IMG/VR virus record: IMGVR_UViG_3300042868_012858
Coordinates: 9,570-73,569 of that record
From: a virus
Strand: one strand, 5' to 3'
DNA: 64,000 bases
Each line of letters begins with the position of its first letter. Within the stretch, counting starts at the first letter, position 1. The translations under genes and the position numbers were made by a program. Below the pieces are notes generated by a model. The model did not search any database, was not told the origin of the DNA, and worked only from the letters and a program-made list of their open reading frames with translations. Positions 9,073-18,259 of this stretch are shown in pieces.

Positions 9073-10332
9073 GCAGTCAATTCTGCTTTTTTAGCCGTTT
9101 TTTCTTTAATTAGGGCTTTGTAAATTTCAGCACGTTGAGCTGTTACATTTTTTAAATCATACTTATCTTTAACAAAGTTATGTAGATTATCAGCCAACAT
9201 TTGTCTATATTCAGGATCTTGAATAACTTTTTTCATAGCTTTATACCAACCATCTTTGTTGTCCTTAATTAGGATTCCTGTTTCTCCGTCCTTTAATAAT
9301 TCTTTATAAATTCCAAAATCTTGAGCAATCAAAGCTTTCTTTTTCATACCAGCTTCGATAATTTTTAATTCTGATTTAACTTCGTTGAAGTAATTTACTC
9401 TATTTATTACTTGACCTTTTTCTGTTCTATATCTATCTATTCCGTCAATAGGAGCTAAACAAACATCACAATAATCATAATGCTTTCCGTATTGAGTTAA
9501 AGGTAGAGTCCATCTCCTAACATAGTTTTTTGTGTATTGATTAGGATAGTCTTCTCTTTTAATTTTACTCAACCATTTGAAATATTCTGGATCTTTACTT
9601 GTTTCTTTGTAGTTTGCTGTAAATATCTCTTCAAACTTCATCCAAATAGTTTCATGAGGCTGAATGTGTCTTGTGTTTTTCGAACCATCTGGTCTGATTT
9701 CTGTAATTGTACCTCTAGTATCAAATCCACACATTACAAATTGAAACTTATCTTCAAGCTCTTTGTTTGAGTAAAGATTTTAAGTCATGAAAATGAGAAG
9801 ACCCCCCAATCCAAGAAATTCTACATTTATCAGTCTCATTAGGCATTACCTCTGATTTCCACATTTTATCATCCATATTTAATGCATTTGGAATTACCAA
9901 AACATTAGGATTCAATTTCTCAACGTGTTTAGCAAAAATATTTGTTGTTGTTGTTACGTAATCTGCTTTCTTAACGACTTCTTTTATTTTTTCTGTCAAA
10001 CCTTCTTTTCGAACGATTTCAAACAAAGGGTGTGTTGTTGGTGGCTCCCAAAAATCATCAATGTCCATAATAAGAGTAACTCCTGCAGCTCTTAGTGTCG
10101 CAAATACTTCATCCATTTTTTCATGAGGACCAAAATGACGATGAAAATGAATAATATCAAATTGTTTTAAGTACTCAATATTATCTACATTTGGTTGAAG
10201 ATTTATTTCCACATCAAACTCGTCTCCATGATACTTAGAAAGTGCTTGCGCTGGCCAAATATTTCTAAAATGGCCTACACCTTGATTGTCTGACGGAGCC
10301 ATAAGAATCTTTATTCTATTTTTTTCACTCAT
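9069..10332 (-). pseudogene. GT-B (GT4-like) glycosyltransferase split by a frameshift near 9778 (ORFs 9754-10332 and 9069-9734)
   Basis: N-half has GVGHFR, MDIDDFW, VIPNAL and WIGGSSHFHDL; the +1 frame continues NLYSNKELEDKFQFVMCGFD...LAP...FNEVKSELKIIEAG. Confidence 0.75.
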
Positions 10333-10391
10333 TATTTGAAATTTTTAAAAAATATATTTCTATAAAAAAATAAAGTAAAGTGAAAACAAAA

Positions 10392-10417
10392 AAACCTGTC
10401 AAAATATTGACAGGTTT
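10392..10417. terminator. Intrinsic terminator hairpin
   Basis: aaacctgtcaa-aata-ttgacaggttt with upstream A-tract (U-tail on the minus strand). Confidence 0.75.
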
Positions 10418-10464
10418 ACAAATTTCCCGTGTTGTGCTAACAGGTAGGTCCTGGTACTTTTTGA

Positions 10465-10737
10465 TTATCCTTTATATTCCTCTGCTCTTTTTCTAGCTTC
10501 ATCCAATTCAGAAAGATTATACGCCTGACATAATTCCAATCCTAAATCATTTTTATAATCTTGCTCTATTGCAATGAATTTTCTTTTTGTTTGTGCATCT
10601 ACAGAAGAAGTCATTCTAGAGTCTGTAATACAAAATTGATTTGGTTCTAATATCACACCTATTGTAGTAACATTATTTTTAGCTACAGCAACTTTAATAT
10701 TTTGTGCTGGATTTGAAGTATTAGTTATTTTCCACAT
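10465..10737 (-). CDS. Hypothetical protein
   Basis: 90-aa ORF in tandem with 10782-11924. Confidence 0.6.
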   Translation of the reverse strand: MWKITNTSNPAQNIKVAVAKNNVTTIGVILEPNQFCITDSRMTSSVDAQTKRKFIAIEQDYKNDLGLELCQAYNLSELDEARKRAEEYKG

Positions 10738-10781
10738 ATTTTTTTTTATTTAAATGTATTAGAATCTCAAAATAATATCAA

Positions 10782-11924
10782 TTAGTTTTTAAAAACATAA
10801 CCTTTGTTTTTTGATATTCTATTTTTTGGCAAGAAATAAGACGTGCCATCAAAATGCCATTCTTCTACTTCTTGATTTTCGTTTTTCAAAAATTCTCTAT
10901 CCCCAGATCCTATATGCTCTTTTAGCGATTCAGGAAGTTCAGCTTTCATAAAAGAACCATTATCATCAACTAGTTTAGCCATATTCAAATCAAAATAATC
11001 AGCAACATCATTTATTTCATCTATATCTCCTCCTGATTTAAACATTCCACGGGCGGCATAACCTGGTACAGATTCCTCCATTGGCTTTACTGCTTGTGAT
11101 TTATCATATCCATAAGATTCTTGTGGTAAATCAGTCGTAATTCCTTTTTTTATCAAGTCCATTACTATATTTTTCACAACTCCTTCTAAATCTACTGCTG
11201 TAGAAATCTGATTCATAACATTTGATTGAGCCTCAACTGACTTCATTGCGTTATCTGCAGCGTATGGATTTTCTCTATATGTTGCTTGAACTGCAAAGTC
11301 AGGATCAAATCTTTTTTCGTCAAATCTAGTTGTTCCGTTTGCGTAGTTAAAATCTAAACATCCAATTTTTTCTAGTTTAACAATGTATACATCTGCCTTT
11401 CTTTTCCCTTCATCAATCCATAAATCATTCATAGATTTTTTAACATCAGGATTTTCAAAAGTTCTAAGAGGTTTATGAGATAGGTTTTCTCCTCCTTCGC
11501 TTAGTTCATTCATATCAAAAACTATAACCTTAGCGGGTTCAATTTTATCCATAAAAGAAGGAAGCGCAGGTTCATATGAAGGTATGTTTCCAGATGTACT
11601 TTGATCTATTTGATTTGGGCTATTTGTAGTACCTGTACCAAAATCATCCAAACCATTGCCAGGATTAAAATATCTAGCTGTAGGTACAGCATCTTCTTCT
11701 GGCTTCGGCATAGAAACAGCACTCGTAGCCATTGCAGGAGCTTCTGTATTTTCAGGTATTACATCAGGTATTGCATTAACTGCATCATCTCTCTTGTGTT
11801 TACTTAAAATATTTCTAGCAATCTCTTCAATGTTTGCACCATCCAAAACTTCATGTAGATTTTCGTTTTTTATCTGATTTGCAATCATTACTTTTAATTC
11901 ATCGATATTTATTTTCTCGGCCAT
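10782..11924 (-). CDS. Acidic putative head-internal protein with leader-like N-terminus
   Basis: MAEKINIDELKVMIANQIKNENLHE; TATTTAT at 11938-11944. Confidence 0.6.
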   Translation of the reverse strand: MAEKINIDELKVMIANQIKNENLHEVLDGANIEEIARNILSKHKRDDAVNAIPDVIPENTEAPAMATSAVSMPKPEEDAVPTARYFNPGNGLDDFGTGTTNSPNQIDQSTSGNIPSYEPALPSFMDKIEPAKVIVFDMNELSEGGENLSHKPLRTFENPDVKKSMNDLWIDEGKRKADVYIVKLEKIGCLDFNYANGTTRFDEKRFDPDFAVQATYRENPYAADNAMKSVEAQSNVMNQISTAVDLEGVVKNIVMDLIKKGITTDLPQESYGYDKSQAVKPMEESVPGYAARGMFKSGGDIDEINDVADYFDLNMAKLVDDNGSFMKAELPESLKEHIGSGDREFLKNENQEVEEWHFDGTSYFLPKNRISKNKGYVFKN

Positions 11925-12013
11925 ATTAATTTTCTTTATAAATATCTAGTTTTTTTGTTAATTAAATTATTTACATTATTTAGAATAAAGCTTATTATTT
12001 AAAAAAAGTATTT

Positions 12014-12790
12014 ATGGCTATAAAGAAAAGAGAAGGGAAAAGAACTCCTAGATATGCTCAAGAAGACATGGACTCTATAGGTTCTATGCAAAGAATCGCT
12101 AAAGAATTTATGCGAATGAAACGTCTGAAATTTAGTTTAACAGACAAACAAAAAGAGTTAGTAGAAATACTCCAGTCAAATAAGATAATTACAGTTACAG
12201 GCCCTCCAGGGACATCAAAAACATTTATCGCTTGTTACGCAGCAATGCAGATGTTTTTATCTGAAGAAAGACAAAAGATAATCCTTTCGAAGCCAACAGA
12301 GGTTTTATCAGGAACAAAAGATTTAGGCGCTCTACCAGGCTCACTTGAGGAAAAGCTAAAAGAGTATGTTGAATCATTTACAGATGCATTTGACGAGTTT
12401 TTAGAAACAAAAGATTTTAGACATCTTTGGGCTGAAAAGATGATAGAGTTTAAGCCAGCTCAATTCTTAAGAGGAAGAACTCTAAAAGATTCTTTCATTA
12501 TTATTGATGAGTTCCAAAACTTCGATATCAAAGCACTAAAAAGTATTGTAACAAGACTTGGTAGAAATAGTACAATAGTTTTTATGGGAGATACAAAGCA
12601 AAATGATATCGGAAAAAGATATGTAGCAGTTGACTTCTTTAATGAAGTTATAAAAGATATTCCAGGGTGTGCGTCTTTTGAATTTAAAAGAGAAGATATT
12701 GTAAGGGAAAAAATACTTATTGATATTATTGATAGGTTTGAAGAATTGGAAGCCGCAGGTAAAATGCCTGACACAATGAAAAATACTTAA
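12014..12790 (+). CDS. phoH: PhoH-family ATPase
   Basis: GPPGTSKT Walker A variant, LGALPGSLEEK, FLRGRT, IIDEFQN, MGDTKQND. Confidence 0.92.
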   Translation: MAIKKREGKRTPRYAQEDMDSIGSMQRIAKEFMRMKRLKFSLTDKQKELVEILQSNKIITVTGPPGTSKTFIACYAAMQMFLSEERQKIILSKPTEVLSGTKDLGALPGSLEEKLKEYVESFTDAFDEFLETKDFRHLWAEKMIEFKPAQFLRGRTLKDSFIIIDEFQNFDIKALKSIVTRLGRNSTIVFMGDTKQNDIGKRYVAVDFFNEVIKDIPGCASFEFKREDIVREKILIDIIDRFEELEAAGKMPDTMKNT

Positions 12791-12824
12791 AATTTTATAC
12801 TATTTATCTATAAAATAAAAAGTT

Positions 12825-13025
12825 ATGAACAATCCTAATGAATTAAAACCAGAAGGTAAGAAGTTTGTTAACGAGCTTATGAACCCAGATCAAGCGCTTA
12901 AAGAAGTTTTTAAACAAAACAATCTGAAGAGACCGAAAGCTGGAATGGTAGAAAAAGCTAATTCGCAACTACTTACAAATGACGGAAGAATCGTTTTAAA
13001 TGAAGATAGCGAACAGAAGTCATAA
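12825..13025 (+). CDS. Small late-expressed hypothetical protein
   Basis: 66 aa, TATTTAT at 12801-12807, DGRIVLNE near the C-terminus. Confidence 0.65.
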   Translation: MNNPNELKPEGKKFVNELMNPDQALKEVFKQNNLKRPKAGMVEKANSQLLTNDGRIVLNEDSEQKS

Positions 13026-13055
13026 AAAAAGCCCTCAATTTAGAGGGCTTTTTTT
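13024..13055. terminator. Bidirectional intrinsic terminator
   Basis: aaaaaaagccctc-aattta-gagggcttttttt between convergent genes. Confidence 0.85.
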
Positions 13056-13072
13056 ATTTAATCTTATTTATT

Positions 13073-13708
13073 TTATGAAGGGTTTTTAACTATCTCAGTA
13101 ACATTATTGAACTTCATAGATTTAAGCTCATCAAATCTTTCTCCAATTTTTCTATAAACAGTTACTTGACCAGATCCACCAACTTTCATATCTGAAATTT
13201 TTAGAAAATCTCCAGGTTCTAAACCTGTTATGTTTGATTCTAAAACATTGTATGTGTTATTTTCACTTACCTTTTCTGCTTTAAAATGTTTAGCTGAACC
13301 TGCAATTTTAACTTTTGTACCTTTTGTAAAATCTTCGTTTTTAAACTCGTCTAATTTTTTATTATCAAAAACACCTCTGCCTTTTGTTCCAACTTCATTA
13401 GCATCGCCCTTAATTTCGTCTCCAATCTTATTTAGTATTTCTACTTTTTTCTCATAAAATTTAATCAACTTATCAAGAACTTCTGCCTGCTCATCTTTAA
13501 TCTTCTTTAGTTCAGAAAACTCTTCGTCTGCCACAGCCTTTTCTTCATCTTTCTTTAGTTTGTCAAATTTTTTCTCATATAAATCAATAAGACCTTCATC
13601 TATGTCTTCAATAGTAGATTCAAGCTTTTCTAAAGTTTCAGATTCGTTCATCAATCTCAATCCTTCTTTTTGTATATATTCTTTTAAAATATTGATGTTT
13701 ACTTTCAT
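13073..13708 (-). CDS. Putative head-internal protein with leader
   Basis: MKVNINILKEYIQKEGLRLMNE, coiled coil, then a beta-rich C-terminal domain. Confidence 0.6.
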   Translation of the reverse strand: MKVNINILKEYIQKEGLRLMNESETLEKLESTIEDIDEGLIDLYEKKFDKLKKDEEKAVADEEFSELKKIKDEQAEVLDKLIKFYEKKVEILNKIGDEIKGDANEVGTKGRGVFDNKKLDEFKNEDFTKGTKVKIAGSAKHFKAEKVSENNTYNVLESNITGLEPGDFLKISDMKVGGSGQVTVYRKIGERFDELKSMKFNNVTEIVKNPS

Positions 13709-13741
13709 GTTATTTTAATTTAGAACTTGTTATTAACATAA

Positions 13742-13764
13742 ACACCCGCATAAATAGCGGGTGT
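13742..13764. promoter_or_regulatory. GC-rich hairpin whose loop is the late-promoter heptamer
   Basis: acacccgc-ataaata-gcgggtgt; the loop reads TATTTAT on the minus strand. Confidence 0.5.
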
Positions 13765-13796
13765 CTAATATTTTATTTTATTTTCAAGAGTAGATA

Positions 13797-14537
13797 TTAG
13801 TCGTTGTTACCCAATCTCGCCAATCTTCTCATTCTTTCAATTTCGCTTTCTAAAGCATTTTGTCTTCTTGAGTCCATTCCTTCAGAAAGAACATTAAGGT
13901 ATTTTTTGTTTCTTCTAGAAGTCGATTCGTTTATAGACTCTTTTGGCATATCGTGAGTTGTTGTAGAACTTCCTTCTTCATCTGCTTGAACAGTTTCTCT
14001 GTATTCATTTACAGCATCTTCATCTTCTTCAGTAGGCTCCTCATCTTCTTCATTAGGCTCTTCTTCAACCTCAACCTCTTCAAATTCTTCATCGTCTCCT
14101 TGAGTTTCTTCTTCAGAAGCCTCAGAGTCTTCGTGATCTACACGACCTAATGCAGCCATAATTTTTGCTTCGATAGCAGCTCCAAGTTCAGCAAATTCAT
14201 CAGCAAGATTAATTTCTTCATCTCCTTCTTCGTCGTCACCAACTTCGATTTCATCATCTTCTAAAAGATGAGAACCTTTGTGTTCAAACTCAGGAGTCCA
14301 TTTAGTATCACCATCCTCTTCACCAGTCCAAGCATGAGATCTAACTTTCATTTCGCCCCCAGCTTCAACTTCTTCTAAGTTTTCGTCTTTCATAAGAGAA
14401 GTGTCTTCGTCTTCCATCAAAGCCAACTCTTCGTTGATTTGTTGAATTCTGTTTTGAATATTTTTCTTCTCCATCACTCTTTGGAATTCTTCCTTAATGA
14501 TTTGATTTACTTCTGTCCAAGTTGTTTTGATAGCCAT
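13797..14537 (-). CDS. Highly acidic scaffold-like/head-internal protein
   Basis: Leader MAIKTTWTEVNQIIKEE; C-terminal ESEIERMRRLARLG resembles the scaffold C-terminus. Confidence 0.65.
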   Translation of the reverse strand: MAIKTTWTEVNQIIKEEFQRVMEKKNIQNRIQQINEELALMEDEDTSLMKDENLEEVEAGGEMKVRSHAWTGEEDGDTKWTPEFEHKGSHLLEDDEIEVGDDEEGDEEINLADEFAELGAAIEAKIMAALGRVDHEDSEASEEETQGDDEEFEEVEVEEEPNEEDEEPTEEDEDAVNEYRETVQADEEGSSTTTHDMPKESINESTSRRNKKYLNVLSEGMDSRRQNALESEIERMRRLARLGNND

Positions 14538-14556
14538 AGCTCTTTATTTTAAGTTT

Positions 14557-14913
14557 TTATTTTTTATTTTTTAATTCTTCGTTCTCTTTTTTAAGAGCTT
14601 CGATTTCTTCTTTTAATTTAGTCATTTCATCAACTGTATCTTCTTGAATCATTGACTCCTCAGCTTGCATTTCTCTTTCTAGTTCTGCAATATGAGATAT
14701 GTTTTGGAAATCATTAACAAATCCAGTTTTTGTTTTGCTTGAATTGTCTGAAGGACTTTGAAAACCAAATGTTCCAACCCAGCTAACTTCGTTTAGTTGA
14801 GCCAATCTATTATTAATGCTTTTAGCATTTTCATAAAGTTGTTTTTTTTCCTTTCTTTTTAAAGCCTCCTCAACAATAGCAGCTCTGATGTCCGATGGGG
14901 TTATTTTTTTCAT
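14557..14913 (-). CDS. Putative head-internal protein with leader
   Basis: MKKITPSDIRAAIVEE...LAQLNE; TATTTAT at 14928-14934. Confidence 0.6.
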   Translation of the reverse strand: MKKITPSDIRAAIVEEALKRKEKKQLYENAKSINNRLAQLNEVSWVGTFGFQSPSDNSSKTKTGFVNDFQNISHIAELEREMQAEESMIQEDTVDEMTKLKEEIEALKKENEELKNKK

Positions 14914-15013
14914 ATAACTTTTTTATAATAAATATTCCAAAAATTTGATTTTCGAAAGTATATTATATAAATTTCTTTCGAACTCATTAATAAATAAGTA
15001 AAAAAAAAAGAAT

Positions 15014-15331
15014 ATGGAAAATTTCATAGTTGGGAATAAAGAAAATTTTAAAGAATTAATTTCCTCAGACAAAATAACAATAGTAGATTTTTGGGCAGAG
15101 TGGTGTGGGCCATGCAGAACACAACTTCCTATATTAGAAAATTATGCTCAAAAAAATGAAGACATTCAGGTTGTAAAAGTAAATGTAGATCAAAACTCTG
15201 AATTAGCGTCTGAGTATGGCATTAGAAGCATTCCTACAATTTTATATTTCAAAAAAGGCACAATTCAAAATAAAACCGTCGGTGTTCAACAGGAAGATCA
15301 ATTAAATGAAATAAAAAAACAAATTTTATGA
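15014..15331 (+). CDS. trxA: Thioredoxin
   Basis: VDFWAEWCGPC and GIRSIPT. Confidence 0.97.
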   Translation: MENFIVGNKENFKELISSDKITIVDFWAEWCGPCRTQLPILENYAQKNEDIQVVKVNVDQNSELASEYGIRSIPTILYFKKGTIQNKTVGVQQEDQLNEIKKQIL

Positions 15332-16131
15332 TTAATGCAATAATCTTTTCAAAAGATAGAGCATCACAATTAAGGTTGCTTCTTTATAGTATTCAAAAAA
15401 ACGCACCACATGCATTTAATTTGAATGTAATATATACTTCTTCTAATGAAGAATTTAAAAAAGGATATGAAAAAGTAAAAGGCGAATTTTCTAGCTTGTG
15501 TAATTTTGTAGAGCAAACAGATAATTTCAAAGAAGATGTTTTGACTCTCTTAAATTCTGAGAGTGAATTTAGCTGTTTCTTTACAGACGATGATATTATT
15601 TACCAACCATTTGATGTAGAAAGCGTAAAGAATTCTATAAGAGCAGATGATGATGTTTTTTGCTTCTCTTTAAGATTGGGAACTAATGTTACTTTCTGCT
15701 ATACTATGAACACGGAAAACGTTCTTAAAAACTATGAGGATTTAGATGAGTTAATAAAATGGAATTGGTCTTTGCACTACCTAGACTTTGGATATCCATT
15801 ATCAGTTGATGGGCATATATTTAGAACGAAAGATATTTTAAAGCTTACCAAAAAAGTATCATTTACCAATCCTAATCTTTTCGAGGGCAATCTTCAAATT
15901 TTTGATACGTTTCCTAAAGAAAAAATGGTTTCTTTTAAAAGTAATGTACTAGTCAATACTCCAAATAATATCGTAAATTCAACACACCCAAATAGACATT
16001 CTGCTGATTTCGGAATTGGAGTAAAGCAATTAAATGATGAATATTTGTCTGGAAAAATTATAGACTTGGAGTCTATGGACTTTTCTAATATTGTAGGGTG
16101 TCATCAAGAGATAGAATTTAAATACAAATAA
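15328..16131 (+). CDS. GT-A fold glycosyltransferase
   Basis: IIFSKDRASQL, FFTDDD (DxD), FGYPLSVDGHIF. Confidence 0.7.
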   Translation: MINAIIFSKDRASQLRLLLYSIQKNAPHAFNLNVIYTSSNEEFKKGYEKVKGEFSSLCNFVEQTDNFKEDVLTLLNSESEFSCFFTDDDIIYQPFDVESVKNSIRADDDVFCFSLRLGTNVTFCYTMNTENVLKNYEDLDELIKWNWSLHYLDFGYPLSVDGHIFRTKDILKLTKKVSFTNPNLFEGNLQIFDTFPKEKMVSFKSNVLVNTPNNIVNSTHPNRHSADFGIGVKQLNDEYLSGKIIDLESMDFSNIVGCHQEIEFKYK

Positions 16132-16785
16132 ATGTCAAAGCATTATATTATAGAAAGGGCTAAATCTAGATTGGGAAGCCCTACGATGAATTTAGAATTG
16201 GATGATAAAATTGTAGATGCGTTATTTGACGAAGCATCATCAACATTTTTATATTACTACCAACTTTCTAAAGCAAAGGAAAATAGTGTTTTTCAAAATA
16301 TAACTGACAATAGTCTTAGTAAAATAGAAACCTCTTGGGTTTGTAGATATTTTACTGCATTACTAAAAGAGGCCCTTGGAAATGTAAGAGGCAAGTTTGG
16401 TGGTGAAATTAATGTTCCTGGCGGACCATTTAAATTAGAGTATTCGCATTTACTTAGAGAAAGTGAATCGGAAAAGATATCTCTTATTAAAGACATATAT
16501 CCTCATCACGAATATAGCGCTTCTCCATTTGCGCTACTTGGTGTTTATGTAAATATTGGAAATTTAGATACAAAAGATGCAGAGGCAATAATGGATAAAG
16601 TGTCTCACTCTTTTTCAGAAACACTTCCAAAGTATATCAAAACAGTCATTATGCCTTCTAGGGTAGAAAGTAAAATAGAAGTAGTTTATTCAAATAATTC
16701 AAATAAAGAAATAGATTTTGAGTTATTAGAACAACTTAAAGACTTAGACAAAGAATTAGAAAAATACATTAAAGATGAAGAATAA
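16132..16785 (+). CDS. Short T4 gp13-like neck/head-completion paralog
   Basis: RLGSPTMNLELDD and WVCRYFTALLKEALGNVRGKFGG..VPGG resemble the gp13 N- and C-terminal motifs; central domain absent. Confidence 0.6.
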   Translation: MSKHYIIERAKSRLGSPTMNLELDDKIVDALFDEASSTFLYYYQLSKAKENSVFQNITDNSLSKIETSWVCRYFTALLKEALGNVRGKFGGEINVPGGPFKLEYSHLLRESESEKISLIKDIYPHHEYSASPFALLGVYVNIGNLDTKDAEAIMDKVSHSFSETLPKYIKTVIMPSRVESKIEVVYSNNSNKEIDFELLEQLKDLDKELEKYIKDEE

Positions 16786-17518
16786 CATAAAAGTAATTAC
16801 CCCTTTTTATAATCCAGGGGAATTTTTAGAAACTTGCGTTAATACGCTTATGTCTCAAAAATATGACAACTTTAAAGTATTATTTGTTGACGATTGTTCA
16901 ACAGATGGTTCATTTGAAAAACTGCCTCACGATAATGAAAAGGCAGTTATTATTAAAAATGAAACTAGAAAAACTGCTTTAGAAAACATACACGATGCTA
17001 TTATGAATCATTGTGATCCTGATGATATTGTTGTTTTGATTGATGGTGATGATTGGTTGCCAAATAAAAATGTGCTTTCTTATATAAATGACTTTTATAA
17101 TCAGAATGATTGTTGGATTATGTATGGTCAAGCCAATTGGACAGATGGCCGTAGAGGTTTTGCGTCTGCATATTCTGCAGAAGAATTTAAAAACATCAGA
17201 AAGTCACCGTTTAGAGTATCTCATTTACGAACTTTTAAGGCAGGTCTTTATCAAAAAATAAAAGAACAAGATTCTGAGTTTTCCTGTATGAAAGATTCTG
17301 ATGGAGATTTTTATAAAATGACATATGATGTCGCTATTATGTTCCCTATTCTAGAAATGGCTGGCGTAGAAAAAGTTGCATTTAATGATACAATTCTGTA
17401 TATTTACAACAGAAATAATCCAATTAGCGATGATAAAGTAAATCAGCAGCTTCAGTGGAATATTCATACAGAAATATCAAACAAAAAATCTTTTAACAAA
17501 ATAGAAGATTATAAATAA
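16775..17518 (+). CDS. GT2 glycosyltransferase
   Basis: VITPFYN, VDDCSTD, IDGDDWL, SHLRTF. Confidence 0.9.
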   Translation: MKNNIKVITPFYNPGEFLETCVNTLMSQKYDNFKVLFVDDCSTDGSFEKLPHDNEKAVIIKNETRKTALENIHDAIMNHCDPDDIVVLIDGDDWLPNKNVLSYINDFYNQNDCWIMYGQANWTDGRRGFASAYSAEEFKNIRKSPFRVSHLRTFKAGLYQKIKEQDSEFSCMKDSDGDFYKMTYDVAIMFPILEMAGVEKVAFNDTILYIYNRNNPISDDKVNQQLQWNIHTEISNKKSFNKIEDYK

Positions 17519-18259
17519 ATGGAGAATTTTTTTACCATAGCCATAGACACTTGCAATCATAAAGATTGGATTGAAAGGTGTCTAAATACTTGTCTTACTC
17601 AAAAATATGACAATTATGAAGTTGTATTGGTTGATGCATTGTCTGATGATAATACTTTTGAAATTGCCGAGCGATATGCAAAAGAATTTCCTAGATTAAA
17701 AATTTACCAAAACGAAGTAAGAATACCTCAGATAGCTAATTTTTTGTGGCTTACAGAATTATCTAGACCAAACTCAATAGTTGTATCGGTGGATGGTGAT
17801 GACTGGCTTAAGCACGGAAAAGTACTTAGTAAGTTAAATGATGTTTATAACTCTGGAGATGTATGGATGACTTATGGTACATATGAAGAATTTCCATATA
17901 GAGACGTTTCTTCAATATATCAGCCATATCCACAGGAAGTAGTAGAAAATAACTCGTTCAGGGAATATAGATGGTTGGCATCTCATTTAAGAACCTATAG
18001 ACGAGAGTTATTTCTTAAAATTAATTTAGAAGATTTTAAGAGAGAAGATGGTGAGTGGTTGGATACAGCTGGAGATCAAGCTATGATGCTTCCTATGTTA
18101 GAAATGGCTTCAGAAAGAAGTAGACATATTTCAGAAGCATTACTTGTGTATAATGTAGCTAATGTTACAAGAGATGGTGCTTTAAATGAATCAAGACAAG
18201 TCGAACTTGCTAACTATGTGAGGTCGAAAAATAAATACACTAGATTAGAAAGTTTATAA
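17519..18259 (+). CDS. GT2 glycosyltransferase (tandem paralog)
   Basis: VDALSDD, VDGDDWL, SHLRTY, PMLEMA shared with the preceding gene. Confidence 0.88.
   Translation: MENFFTIAIDTCNHKDWIERCLNTCLTQKYDNYEVVLVDALSDDNTFEIAERYAKEFPRLKIYQNEVRIPQIANFLWLTELSRPNSIVVSVDGDDWLKHGKVLSKLNDVYNSGDVWMTYGTYEEFPYRDVSSIYQPYPQEVVENNSFREYRWLASHLRTYRRELFLKINLEDFKREDGEWLDTAGDQAMMLPMLEMASERSRHISEALLVYNVANVTRDGALNESRQVELANYVRSKNKYTRLESL

Noticed and set aside
10420-10462. Relatively GC-rich intergenic stretch as a possible small RNA
   Set aside because: No convincing stem or known motif by eye; most simply a 3' UTR before the terminator
12014-12790. PhoH as a novel auxiliary gene
   Set aside because: Common in large phages; nothing unusual beyond a GTSKT Walker A variant
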